Part shown: positions 1-9,384 of the stretch, one piece after another | Position numbering within the stretch: position 1 is the stretch's first letter | How the letters are laid out: every line of letters begins with the position of its first letter | Assembly: GCA_016191685.1 (NCBI GenBank) | Contig: JACPVT010000215.1 | Coordinates: forward strand, 17,134-81,133 | Source of the DNA: Rhodospirillales bacterium | Lineage (GTDB): Bacteria; Pseudomonadota; Alphaproteobacteria; Reyranellales; Reyranellaceae | Length of the DNA stretch: 64,000 nucleotides | Reading direction: 5' to 3' | The notes under the pieces: generated by a model | Told to the model about the DNA's origin: nothing | Database searches by the model: none | Seen by the model: only the letters and a program-made list of their open reading frames with translations | Position numbers and translations under genes: made by a program

Positions 1-1157
1 TGGCTGTTGGGAATCTCCTGCGGTGCCTGGCGGCCCGATGCGTCGGGCATGCCGAGATGGATGCGCACTGTCCTTACGTGACTGACATGGTCCTTGCCGA
101 GGAAGGCCTGCGGCGCCGAGAGCCAGACGAACTCGACGCCTTCCTCCTCGGCGTGCTTCACCTCGCGTTGCGAGCCCGGCATGTTGGCGCGGTCGCGGCG
201 ATAGAGGCACTTCACCGACTTGGCGCCCTGGCGCACGGCCGTGCGCACGCAATCCATCGCGGTATCGCCGCCGCCCACGACCACGACATTCTTGCCCTCG
301 GCGTGTAGCGCGCCGGACTCGATTCCCGGCACCTTGTCGCCAAGCCCGCTGCGGTTGGAGGCGGTGAGATAGTCGAGCGCCGCGGCGATGCCGGGCAATC
401 CGACACCGGGGGCTGCAATGTCGCGTGCCTTGTAGACGCCTGTCGCGATTAACACGGCGCCGTGCCGTCGGCGCAGTTCCTCCATCGAGATGTCGCGGCC
501 GACCTCGCAGTCGAGATGGAACGTCACCTTCGAATCGCGCAGCAGTTTTTCACGGCGCTGCACGATGTCCTTCTCGAGCTTGAAGTTGGGGATGCCGTAG
601 ATCATGAGGCCGCCGACGCGGTCGTAGCGGTCGTAGACCGCGACCTGGTAGCCCTTGCGGCGCAACTGCTCGGCGGCGGCGAGACCGGCGGGTCCGGCGC
701 CGACGATGCCAACGCTCTCGGTGCGCTCGCGGCGCGGCCGGATCGGCTTCACCCAGCCCTGGCTCCAGGCGGTGTCGGTGATGAACTTCTCGACCGAACC
801 GATGGTGACCGCATCGAATCCCTTTTCGATGACGCAGTTGCCTTCGCACAGACGGTCCTGCGGGCAGATGCGGCCGCAGATCTCGGGGAAGTTGTTCGTG
901 GCCGAGGAGAGTTCGTAGGCCTCCTCGAGCCGGCCTTCGGCGGTGAGTTTCAGCCAGTCGGGAATATTGTTCTGCAGCGGGCAATGGATCTGGCAGAACG
1001 GCACGCCGCACTGCGAACAACGAGCCGCCTGCTCTGCTGCCTTCTCCCGGGCATAGCTGCTGTAGATCTCGTCGAAGTCGCGCCGGCGCTCGGCAGCCGG
1101 GCGCTTGTCCGGCATAGCTTGCGACGTTCCGACGAACTTCAGCATCCTTTCAGCCAT
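1..1157 (-). CDS. gltD: Glutamate synthase small subunit (3' end runs off window)
   Basis: Manual translation from ATG at 1157: MAERMLKFVGTSQAMPDKRPAAERRRDFDEIY...RCSQCGVPFCQIHCP, GRICPQDRLCEGNC, IVGAGPAG; absent from the ORF track because it has no stop in the window. Confidence 0.93.
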   Translation of the reverse strand, partial: MAERMLKFVGTSQAMPDKRPAAERRRDFDEIYSSYAREKAAEQAARCSQCGVPFCQIHCPLQNNIPDWLKLTAEGRLEEAYELSSATNNFPEICGRICPQDRLCEGNCVIEKGFDAVTIGSVEKFITDTAWSQGWVKPIRPRRERTESVGIVGAGPAGLAAAEQLRRKGYQVAVYDRYDRVGGLMIYGIPNFKLEKDIVQRREKLLRDSKVTFHLDCEVGRDISMEELRRRHGAVLIATGVYKARDIAAPGVGLPGIAAALDYLTASNRSGLGDKVPGIESGALHAEGKNVVVVGGGDTAMDCVRTAVRQGAKSVKCLYRRDRANMPGSQREVKHAEEEGVEFVWLSAPQAFLGKDHVSHVRTVRIHLGMPDASGRQAPQEIPNS

Positions 1158-1260
1158 GACAAAGCCCTCAAATCTGAAACGTAATTTTATTACGCAAAGC
1201 GCGTGCCGCTGGCGCCAAAGCTGCGTGCCTGCTGTCAATTGAGCATGGGCACGTTCATTA

Positions 1261-1275
1261 GTCAATAATATTGAC
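1261..1275. promoter_or_regulatory. Palindromic operator candidate upstream of gltD
   Basis: GTCAAT-AAT-ATTGAC inverted repeat in an AT-rich intergenic region about 100 bp upstream of the gltD start. Confidence 0.55.
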
Positions 1276-1407
1276 CTATTTTCTTGAGAAGAAAGAGATC
1301 ATGCCTCGATAAGGTTCTCGTCCTGGCGTGTCGAGTCGAAAATAATACCGATATTGGACCAATAGTGAAGAGCAAGAGGCCTCGTTGTGAAAATGGCCCT
1401 TCGCATT

Positions 1408-2361
1408 TCAGGCGGGAGCGTGCTGGTTGTAGCGGCCGCCGATGCGGAAGCGGTCGAGGTAGGTCGGCAGGATGGCCTCGGCGGCGGTCGCCTGGATGCC
1501 AAGTGCAGCCAGTCCCGGGGCGCCGGGCCGCGCGACATTGTCCTGGGTCAGGAGATCGACCTGATCGTGGGTGAGCGGCGGAACCGGCAGGAATTCGGCG
1601 AAGAAGCCGGCAATCCTCATCAGGGATGCCGGCACGCCCACGATCGGCTTGTCGCGGGCGATCTCGCGCAGCACGAGGGCTGCGATCTCGCGATAGGTGT
1701 AGACGCGCGGTCCACCCAGCTCGAACACGGTCTTTGCCGTTTCGGGGCGAGCGAGGACGGCCGCAGCAGCCTTACCGACGTCGCTTACGAATACCGGTTG
1801 AACCTTGGCCAAGCCGCTGCCCACGACCGGGACGTACGGCGCCGTCGCCGCAATCCGCGCCAGGCGGTTGAACATCACATCGTCGGGCCCGAAGGCAACG
1901 CTTGGCCGCAGGATCGTGGCCGTCGGGAAGCCCGCGACGATCGCGTCCTCGGCCTCGACCTTGGAGCGCACGTAGCGATTTTTCGACCCGCGATAGTCGG
2001 CGCCGATGCCCGAAACATGGAGCAGGCGCTCGACGCCCGCGGCGCGGGCCGCCTCGGCGATGACGCGGGCACCGTCGACATGAACCGATTGATAGCGCTG
2101 GCGGCCGCGCTGGAACGGAATGCCGGCCGCGTTGATCACGGCCTGGCTGCCGACGATCGCCGCCGCCACCGACTGCGGCATCCTGAGATTGGCCCGCATC
2201 AGCGTGATCTGGCCGACGTCGCCTGCGGTCTTGAGGGGCTCGGCCAGCTCGATCCGGCGCACCGCGACCCGGACCTGCAAGCCCGCCTGGGCGAGAGCCC
2301 GCACAATGGCCCGGCCGATGAAGCCGCTGCCGCCGAAAACCGTGACCTGCTTGATGCTCAT
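1408..2361 (-). CDS. Complex I NDUFA9-like NAD(P)-binding atypical SDR
   Basis: VTVFGGSGFIGR Rossmann motif, GDVGQI, ATILRPS, QPVFVSDV. Confidence 0.88.
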   Translation of the reverse strand: MSIKQVTVFGGSGFIGRAIVRALAQAGLQVRVAVRRIELAEPLKTAGDVGQITLMRANLRMPQSVAAAIVGSQAVINAAGIPFQRGRQRYQSVHVDGARVIAEAARAAGVERLLHVSGIGADYRGSKNRYVRSKVEAEDAIVAGFPTATILRPSVAFGPDDVMFNRLARIAATAPYVPVVGSGLAKVQPVFVSDVGKAAAAVLARPETAKTVFELGGPRVYTYREIAALVLREIARDKPIVGVPASLMRIAGFFAEFLPVPPLTHDQVDLLTQDNVARPGAPGLAALGIQATAAEAILPTYLDRFRIGGRYNQHAPA

Positions 2362-2476
2362 GGATGCTGCCTATAGCTCATCGTCGTGCTGGTGCAAGAG
2401 CATGGCGCAAGGGCGCTGCGGGTGACATCGGCGCGGCCTCGCCCTAACTCACGGCCCGCAACAGCCCGCATGCCGT

Positions 2477-2561
<85 letters not shown>

Positions 2562-2587
2562 TGCAGGGTTTGCGAGGCATCCGTTAA

Positions 2588-3199
2588 ATGGCGATCAGCC
2601 TTCACCGCGGCGACCTTCCCGCCGATCTGTCGTTCGGGCCCGTCGTGGCGGTCGATACCGAGACGATGGGTCTCAATCCCCATCGCGATCGGCTTTGCCT
2701 GGTCCAGCTCTCGGCCGGTGACGGCAACGCCCATCTGGTCCAGATGCCGCGCGGCCCGATCAAGGCGCCGCGCCTGGCATCCCTGATTGCCGATCCCAAG
2801 GTCCTGAAGCTCTTCCATTTCGGCCGCTTTGACATCGCCGTTCTCGAGCATGCGCTGGGCGTACGCTGCGAGCCGGTCTACTGCACCAAGATCGCGGCAA
2901 GGCTGACGCGGACCTTCACCGACAGGTTCGGGCTGAAGGACCTCTGCAAGGAGCTTCTGGCCGTCGACCTGTCCAAACAGCAGCAGACCTCCGACTGGGG
3001 TGCCGAGACCCTGAGTGACGAGCAATTGGCCTATGCGGCCTCCGATGTGCTGTATTTGCACGCGCTCAAAGCCAAGCTGGACGAACTCCTGAAACGCGAA
3101 GGCCGGACCGATCTTGCCCAGGCCGCCTTTCAGTTTCTGCCCAGCCGGGCCCGGCTGGATGTCGCGGGCTGGCCCGAGATCGACATTTTTGCACACTGA
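2588..3199 (+). CDS. rnd: Ribonuclease D-like 3'-5' exonuclease
   Basis: DEDDy motifs VAVDTETMG, FHFGRFDI, QQQTSDW, YAASDV. Confidence 0.9.
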   Translation: MAISLHRGDLPADLSFGPVVAVDTETMGLNPHRDRLCLVQLSAGDGNAHLVQMPRGPIKAPRLASLIADPKVLKLFHFGRFDIAVLEHALGVRCEPVYCTKIAARLTRTFTDRFGLKDLCKELLAVDLSKQQQTSDWGAETLSDEQLAYAASDVLYLHALKAKLDELLKREGRTDLAQAAFQFLPSRARLDVAGWPEIDIFAH

Positions 3200-3219
3200 C
3201 GCAAAGTCCGCCGTGACTT

Positions 3220-3235
3220 TGGCACGACTATTGCA
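3220..3235 (+). promoter_or_regulatory. Sigma-54 -24/-12 site upstream of rpoN
   Basis: TGGCAC-GACTA-TTGCA, an exact match to TGGCAC-N5-TTGCA, 47 bp before the rpoN ATG. Confidence 0.8.
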
Positions 3236-3282
3236 TTAGAACTTCCGGCGAGGGTCTTTGGCCCTCGGGGTTGGGGGTAACG

Positions 3283-4821
3283 ATGCGTATCGGTCCGAGT
3301 CTCCTTTTAGCGTCGCGCCAGACGCTGGCCATGACACCGCAGCTGCAGCAGGCGATCAAGCTGCTGCAATTCTCACATCTCGAACTCGCGGCTTTCATCC
3401 AGCAGGAACTCGAAAAGAACCCTCTGCTCTCGGAAGGCACTGCCGACGACGGCCCGATTGCCGAGCCCGATGCTCCGATCCTCGACGCGCCGACTGACAC
3501 GGCCGAGGCCCTGGCGGCGGCTGCACCGGCGCTGGCCGAAGCCGACGACCGTTGGACGCGCGAGCATGCCGACCGCGGCGGCGACGCCATGGCCAGCAAG
3601 GTCGGTCAGCGTGACGGCACGCCCGATGCGCTCGACTTCGTCGCTGGCCGCCCGCGTTCGCTCGCGGTCTACGTTCTCGAACAGATCGATTTGCTGTTCG
3701 CCAGCCCCGAGGACCGGCGGATTGCGCTGAAGCTTGCCGAGGGACTCGACGAGGCCGGCTACTGCCGGCTGGATGTTGCTGGCGTTGTCGAAGCGGTCGG
3801 TGCCAGCACGGAGGCGGTCGAGGCGGTATGGGCGCGCCTGCGCCAGATCGAACCGGCCGGATTGTTCGCCCGCTCGCTCGCCGAGTGTCTGGCCGCCCAA
3901 TTGGCCGAACGTGACCGGCTGGATCCGGCGATGAAGGCATTGCTCGACAACCTCGACCTCGTGGCGGCCGGAGAACTCGGCCAGCTGCGTCGCCGCTGCA
4001 GCGTCGACGACGAGGACTTGCGCGACATGCTGGCGGAACTTCGCACGCTCGATCCGCGCCCCGGCCAGGCCTTCGACTTCGAACCGATCCAGCCCGTGGC
4101 ACCTGATCTTTACCTGCGGCCGGCCAAGGATCCCGACACCGGCGAGGATGGCTGGTTCATCGAACTCAACACCGACGCACTGCCCAAGGTTCTGGTCGAC
4201 CGCAACTACCACGCGACCTTGATGAAGGGCGCGCGCGCCAAGAACGATCGCGCCTTCGTTGCCGAGCGCTTCCAGTCGGCCAACTGGCTGGTCAAGACGC
4301 TGGAGCAGCGTGCAACCACGATCCTGAAGGTGGCGCGCGAGATCGTCCGCCAGCAGGACGGCTTCTTCCGCCACGGCGTGAGCGCGCTGAAGCCGCTGGT
4401 GCTGCGCGACATCGCCATCGCCACCGAGCTGCACGAGAGCACAGTGAGCCGCGTCACCTCGAACAAGTACATCGCCACGCCGCGCGGCATCTTCGAGCTC
4501 AAGTATTTCTTCACCTCGTCGCTGCCGGCGCGCACGCCGGGCGTCGTCGTCTCGTCCGAGTCGGTGCGCTCGCGGATCAAGCTCCTGGTCGGTGGTGAGA
4601 GTTCTCATCAGCCCTTGTCGGACGATCGCATCGTCGACCTGCTGAAGGGCGAGGGCGTCGAGATTGCCCGGCGCACCGTTGCCAAATATCGCGAAGCCAT
4701 GCGCATTCCGTCGTCGGCCGAGCGCCGGCGCCTGGGTCGCCTGGGCATGAGCCGCAGCCTTCCGGCCGCCATGCCGAGTGCCGCCGTGGCGTCGCAAGCT
4801 CTCACCGGCCCGGCCGACTGA
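3283..4821 (+). CDS. rpoN: RNA polymerase sigma-54 factor
   Basis: MTPQLQQAIKLLQ region I, LHESTVSRVT HTH, RpoN box ARRTVAKYRE. Confidence 0.97.
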   Translation: MRIGPSLLLASRQTLAMTPQLQQAIKLLQFSHLELAAFIQQELEKNPLLSEGTADDGPIAEPDAPILDAPTDTAEALAAAAPALAEADDRWTREHADRGGDAMASKVGQRDGTPDALDFVAGRPRSLAVYVLEQIDLLFASPEDRRIALKLAEGLDEAGYCRLDVAGVVEAVGASTEAVEAVWARLRQIEPAGLFARSLAECLAAQLAERDRLDPAMKALLDNLDLVAAGELGQLRRRCSVDDEDLRDMLAELRTLDPRPGQAFDFEPIQPVAPDLYLRPAKDPDTGEDGWFIELNTDALPKVLVDRNYHATLMKGARAKNDRAFVAERFQSANWLVKTLEQRATTILKVAREIVRQQDGFFRHGVSALKPLVLRDIAIATELHESTVSRVTSNKYIATPRGIFELKYFFTSSLPARTPGVVVSSESVRSRIKLLVGGESSHQPLSDDRIVDLLKGEGVEIARRTVAKYREAMRIPSSAERRRLGRLGMSRSLPAAMPSAAVASQALTGPAD

Positions 4822-4852
4822 ATCGCCGGCGATGGCTGCCGTTTGGGGTGGC

Positions 4853-4881
4853 TTGACCGATCCGAAGGACGCGCTTATAGG
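4853..4881 (+). promoter_or_regulatory. Putative sigma70-type promoter for ptsN
   Basis: TTGACC-N17-TATAGG between rpoN and ptsN. Confidence 0.45.
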
Positions 4882-4938
4882 GGCGCACCCCTCGCCGGGC
4901 GAAGATTGTTTTCGCCCACCTAACCCATTGGTGTAATT

Positions 4939-5409
4939 GTGGAAATCGCTGATTTGCTGACCGGCCCCGAGGCCGTTTTAGCCAGCGTGAAGACGTCCGG
5001 CAAGAAGGCGCTGCTGGCCGAACTGGCCAGCCGTGCCGCGAGCGTCTTCGGGCTCGAGGAGCGTCGCCTGTTCGACCGTCTGATCGAACGCGAAGCGCTG
5101 GGATCGACCGGCATCGGCGGTGGCATTGCCATCCCGCATGGGCGCATGGGCTCGCTCACCACTCCGCGTGGCCTGTTCGCCCGGCTTGCCCAACCGATCG
5201 CCTTTGATGCGATCGATGATCGACCGGTCGATATCGTTTTTCTGCTGGTGGCTCCCGAAGGCGCTGGCGCGGACCATCTGAAGGCGCTCGCGCGAGTCTC
5301 GCGTCTGCTGCGCGATCGCGGCCTCGTCGATAAGTTGCGGGCCACAGAGAGCGCCGAGGCGCTTTACGCCCTGCTCGTCGAGTCGGTCCAGACCCAAAGC
5401 GCGGCCTGA
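4939..5409 (+). CDS. ptsN: PTS IIA-like nitrogen regulatory protein
   Basis: REALGSTGIGGGIAIPHG phospho-His motif, GADHLKALARVSR; downstream of rpoN. Confidence 0.95.
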   Translation: MEIADLLTGPEAVLASVKTSGKKALLAELASRAASVFGLEERRLFDRLIEREALGSTGIGGGIAIPHGRMGSLTTPRGLFARLAQPIAFDAIDDRPVDIVFLLVAPEGAGADHLKALARVSRLLRDRGLVDKLRATESAEALYALLVESVQTQSAA

Positions 5410-5442
5410 ACCGCCGGTTCTCGGCGCGTATTTTCCTCGTCG

Positions 5443-5664
5443 CTAGTGAACCAGCGCGGGCTCGAGATCGTGCTGGCGGATCAGCGCCTGCGCGATCTCG
5501 ACCGATGGTGCGGCGGCCATCGGCTTGCCGTCAGCGGAAAAGATGCCGATTGCATGCGCGCCATCGGGAAGATTGATCGCTTTCACATAGGCGACTTGCT
5601 CCGCACCCAGGCTCAGAAAGGCCTCGTCGGCGAGGCGAGTGAAAGTGGTCTGGTTGTTTTCCAT
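5443..5664 (-). CDS. DUF1150 family small protein
   Basis: MENNQ...VAYVKA...IFSADGKPMA...ALVH; AAGGAGG RBS before ATG 5664; usual position downstream of Hsp20. Confidence 0.8.
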   Translation of the reverse strand: MENNQTTFTRLADEAFLSLGAEQVAYVKAINLPDGAHAIGIFSADGKPMAAAPSVEIAQALIRQHDLEPALVH

Positions 5665-5683
5665 GGCTACCTCCTTGGCAGCA

Positions 5684-6151
5684 TCAGCGCGACTGCGTGC
5701 GACGCGCGGTGATATCGATGGCATTGGTCGCTCCGGCGGTCGTCTCGCCGGAGTCGATGCGAATGGTCCGGATACGAGGCTCGGCCACGGGGCGGATCAG
5801 GTCGATCGACAGCAGGCCGTTGTCCAGGCGGGCGCCGATGACCTCGATGCCATCGGCGAGCATGAAGGCGCGCTGGAATTGGCGCGCGGCGATGCCACGA
5901 TGGAGAAACACCCGGTCGGTATCGTCGGTCTGCTTGCCCCGGACCGTGAGCTGGCTTTCCACCAGTTCGATGGCGAGATCACCGGTCGCGAAACCGGCCA
6001 CCGCGAGGACAATGCGCAGGCCGTTTTCGCCAATTCGTTCGATATTGTAAGGCGGGTAGCCCTCGGCGTTCTTGGCCAGCCGGTCGAGCGTGCGCTCCAG
6101 CTGATCGAAGCCCAGCAGCAAGGGCGAATTGAACATCGATACGCGGCTCAT
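5684..6151 (-). CDS. Small heat shock protein (Hsp20/IbpA family)
   Basis: SPLLLGFD, GYPPYNIE, LAVAGF, FLHRGIAARQFQRAF, LDNGLLSIDL. Confidence 0.95.
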   Translation of the reverse strand: MSRVSMFNSPLLLGFDQLERTLDRLAKNAEGYPPYNIERIGENGLRIVLAVAGFATGDLAIELVESQLTVRGKQTDDTDRVFLHRGIAARQFQRAFMLADGIEVIGARLDNGLLSIDLIRPVAEPRIRTIRIDSGETTAGATNAIDITARRTQSR

Positions 6152-6205
6152 AAAACCCCCCTCCGAGGAGCGAGTGGCCGGGAACCCAATTAGGCCTTCC
6201 CTTGA
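6149..6205 (-). promoter_or_regulatory. ROSE-like RNA thermometer in the Hsp20 5' UTR
   Basis: mRNA CACUCGCUCCUCGGAGGGGGGUUUUAUG: U(U/C)GCU motif pairing over the GGAG SD, preceded by a GGGAA/UUCCC hairpin. Confidence 0.7.
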
Positions 6206-6211
6206 GGGTAA

Positions 6212-6239
6212 ATTTGGGGAGCCGTTGCCCCGGTTCAAG
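6212..6239 (-). promoter_or_regulatory. RpoH (sigma32)-like promoter
   Basis: Minus strand CTTGAA-N14-CCCCAAAT upstream of Hsp20. Confidence 0.65.
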
Positions 6240-6347
6240 GGCCACCCCGGGCGTTCCGGCCATCGCCACGGCCCTCCGGGTCGGGTAAACTGGTCGAAAC
6301 CCCTCCACCGCCCCACGGCTTGCCGCAGGGCCAAAGAATAGAAAAAG

Positions 6348-8099
6348 ATGACGCTGGTCGCCTCAGAGACACGACGGCCCGGTGAGGCTTTGGTGGCCGG
6401 AACCCGGCCGATCCGTTCGGTGCCCGCCCGCCCGTCGGGCGTGGCGACCGGTGAAGGCCGCAGGTTCGGCCGCTGGTTCCTGGGCTCCGCCCTCTATTCC
6501 CTGACCTTGGGCTACGGCACGCCGCGCAGCTTCTTTGCCGTGGCGCCCGACTCGTGGCCCGGCGATACGGCACTCGGCCAGCGCCTGCTGGGTGGTGAGT
6601 TCGTGGCCCACAGCAGCGCCGGCGCCGTATCGCCCGAGTCCGAGGATCCGCCCTGGCGGCGCACCTCTGCCTCCGCCTTCTGGCTCGATGCCCTGAACGG
6701 CTTTGCCTGGCTGCGCGACCTGCGCGACTGCGGCGATCCGGCGGGCGCCACCCTTGCCGCCCGTCTGGTCGACGACTGGAGCAATCGGGAGTGGCGCTGG
6801 TCGCCGCGCACCTGGCGGCGCGACGTGCTGGCGGCGCGCATGGTCGCCTGGATCCGGCACTATGACTGGCTGGCGGCCGGCGCCGATCCGGGATTTGCCG
6901 CCCGCTTCGTGTTCTCGCTGGCCCGCCAGCGCGCCCACCTCAAGCGCGCGTTGCGGACCGGCCTGGTCGGCCATGAGGCAGTTGCCGCGCTGAAGGCGAT
7001 GGTCTTCGCCGACCTCGCCTTCCTGCGCGACGGCAAGCGCTTCGAGAAAAGCTTAGAACATACGCTGGCGCGCCTGGCGAAGTTCGTGAAGCGCTACGTC
7101 ATGCATGACGGAATCGTGGCCGAACGCGCACCGCATCTCCAGGTCGCGGTGCTGCGGCATCTGCTCGACGTGCGCGCCGCCCTTTCGTCGGCCGAACGCC
7201 GGGCGCCGGCCGAGCTCATCGCCGCGATCGACCGCATGGCGCCGATGCTGCGCTTCTTCCGCCACGGTGACGGCGGATTGGCGCTCTTCAACGGCGCCTG
7301 GGAAGGCGATCGGGCGCTGCTCGATCTGATCCTGGGACGTTCCGGCTCGAACGAAGGCGCGCCGATGATGGCGCTGGCGAGCGGTTTCCAGCGCCTGGCC
7401 GCGGGGACGTCGCTGGTCATTACCGATGCCGGCAGCCCGCCGGGCCGCGGCATGGACGGCATCGCGCATGCCGGCACGCTGTCGTTCGAAATGAGCGCTG
7501 CGCACGAGCGGTTGATCGTGAACTGCGGCACCTATCCCGGTGCGCCGCGCGACTGGCGCCACTTCATGCGCTACACCGCCGCGCACAGCACCGCAGTGGT
7601 CGACGACACCAATTCGACCGAGATCACCAACCACGGCGCGCTGGAATACCGCGCCGGCAACGTGCTGGTCGACCGCGCCGACAACGAGGGCGCGCAGTGG
7701 CTCGACATGAGTCACGACGGCTATCGCTCGCTCTACGGCATCATCCATCGCCGCCGCCTATGGCTGTCGCCCGACGGCGGCGACCTGCGCGGCGAGGATA
7801 CCTTCGTCGGCCCCGAGGGCCGCCCGGTGACGGTGCCCGACCAACGTTTCATCGTGCGCTTCCATCTCCACCCGGCGGTGAAGGCGACGCTGGCACAAAG
7901 CGGTCAGGCGGTGCTGATGCGGCTGCCGAGCGGTCGCGGCTGGCGGCTGCGCGCGACCGGCGCAGGTATCGGCCTCGCCGAAAGCATCTATCTCGGCGAG
8001 GAGGGCCGCGTGCGCCGCACCGAGCAGATCGTGCTGGTTGGCCAGGTCCCCATGGAGGGCTGCACGGTGAAGTGGGCCCTCACACGGATGGAAGGCTAA
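6348..8099 (+). CDS. Heparinase II/III family protein
   Basis: [55 protein letters not shown]. Confidence 0.85.
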   Translation: MTLVASETRRPGEALVAGTRPIRSVPARPSGVATGEGRRFGRWFLGSALYSLTLGYGTPRSFFAVAPDSWPGDTALGQRLLGGEFVAHSSAGAVSPESEDPPWRRTSASAFWLDALNGFAWLRDLRDCGDPAGATLAARLVDDWSNREWRWSPRTWRRDVLAARMVAWIRHYDWLAAGADPGFAARFVFSLARQRAHLKRALRTGLVGHEAVAALKAMVFADLAFLRDGKRFEKSLEHTLARLAKFVKRYVMHDGIVAERAPHLQVAVLRHLLDVRAALSSAERRAPAELIAAIDRMAPMLRFFRHGDGGLALFNGAWEGDRALLDLILGRSGSNEGAPMMALASGFQRLAAGTSLVITDAGSPPGRGMDGIAHAGTLSFEMSAAHERLIVNCGTYPGAPRDWRHFMRYTAAHSTAVVDDTNSTEITNHGALEYRAGNVLVDRADNEGAQWLDMSHDGYRSLYGIIHRRRLWLSPDGGDLRGEDTFVGPEGRPVTVPDQRFIVRFHLHPAVKATLAQSGQAVLMRLPSGRGWRLRATGAGIGLAESIYLGEEGRVRRTEQIVLVGQVPMEGCTVKWALTRMEG

Positions 8100-9166
8100 G
8101 GCTTCAGAAAGCCTACCGTCTTATAAACCTCGCCGAGGACTGGGCGGGCGAGCGCCCGGGCGCGTGCCGCGCCGTCGCGCAGCACGGCGTCGACGTGGCC
8201 CGGATCCTTCATCAGTCGCTGCATCTCGGCGCCGACCGGTCCCAGCTTCGCGACCGCCAGTTCAGTGAGGGCCGTCTTGAACTCGGAGAACTGCTTGCCC
8301 GCGAACTCGGCCACGATGTCCTCCTTCTCGCGGTCGGCGAGGGCGGCATAGATGCCCAGCAGGTTGTCGGCGTCGGCCCGTTTTTCGGCATCCGCCAGGG
8401 TTTCCGGCATCGGCAGTGGATCGGTCTTGGCGCGGCGGATCTTCTGGGCGATGGCATCGGCGCCGTCGGTGAGGTTGATGCGTGAATAGTCCGACGGGTC
8501 GGACTTGCTCATCTTCTTGGTGCCGTCGCGCAGGCTCATGACGCGCGTCGCGGCGCCAAAGATCAGCGGCTCGGTGACCGGGAAGAAATCCGGCGCCGCG
8601 AAATCATTGTTGAACTTGATCGCGATGTCGCGCGTCAGCTCGAGGTGCTGCTTCTGGTCCTCGCCGACCGGCACGTGCGTGGCCTTGTAGACTAGGATGT
8701 CGGCCGCCATCAGCGCCGGATAGGCGTAGAGACCGAGCGAGGCGTTCTCGCGGTCCTTGCCCGCCTTCTCCTTGAACTGCGTCATGCGGTTCATCCAGCC
8801 GACACGGGCCACGCAGTTGAAGATCCAGGCAAGCTGGGCGTGCTCGGGCACGGTCGACTGGGCGAAGATGATCTGCTTCTTGCCGTCGACGCCGGCCGCC
8901 AGGAAAGCCGAGGCGATTTCGCGCGTCTGGGCGGCCAGCTGTCTGGGGTCCTGCGGCTGGGTGATGGCGTGCAGGTCGACCACGCAATAGAGGCATTCGT
9001 AGTCGTTCTGCAGGCGCGCGAAGTTGCGGATCGCACCCAGGTAGTTGCCGAGATGGAGGTTGCCGGTGGGCTGCACGCCGGAAAGGATCCGGCCTTTCAG
9101 GCCGCGGGCGGCATAGGCGGCGAGATGCGGGTTGGGCGCAGACGCGCCGGTGGTGACGTCGGGCAT
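8096..9166 (-). CDS. trpS: Tryptophan--tRNA ligase (start uncertain; ORF open to 9259)
   Basis: [17 protein letters not shown] (HIGH-like), [17 protein letters not shown]. Confidence 0.96.
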   Translation of the reverse strand: MPDVTTGASAPNPHLAAYAARGLKGRILSGVQPTGNLHLGNYLGAIRNFARLQNDYECLYCVVDLHAITQPQDPRQLAAQTREIASAFLAAGVDGKKQIIFAQSTVPEHAQLAWIFNCVARVGWMNRMTQFKEKAGKDRENASLGLYAYPALMAADILVYKATHVPVGEDQKQHLELTRDIAIKFNNDFAAPDFFPVTEPLIFGAATRVMSLRDGTKKMSKSDPSDYSRINLTDGADAIAQKIRRAKTDPLPMPETLADAEKRADADNLLGIYAALADREKEDIVAEFAGKQFSEFKTALTELAVAKLGPVGAEMQRLMKDPGHVDAVLRDGAARARALARPVLGEVYKTVGFLKP

Positions 9167-9384
9167 GGGATGTGGACTCCGCTCAAGGTGGACGGGCACG
9201 GGGTTTGGACCTCCGCGCACCCTGCCGGTGGAGGGCGAGGGCGGGGCGGTATCGCTCAAACTGTCGAGGTAATCAAGCCGGCATTGACGGCGGCACCGGA
9301 CACTGTTCCCATCCGTCTTGCACGCATCTTGCAGGATAGCAGGAGCGTCAGGGACGGCGACGACACTCTGGATGGAGGCATCCG

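Noticed and set aside
9318-9333. TTGCAC-N5-TTGCA upstream of the SBP gene as a sigma-54 promoter
   Set aside because: Lacks the invariant GG at -24.
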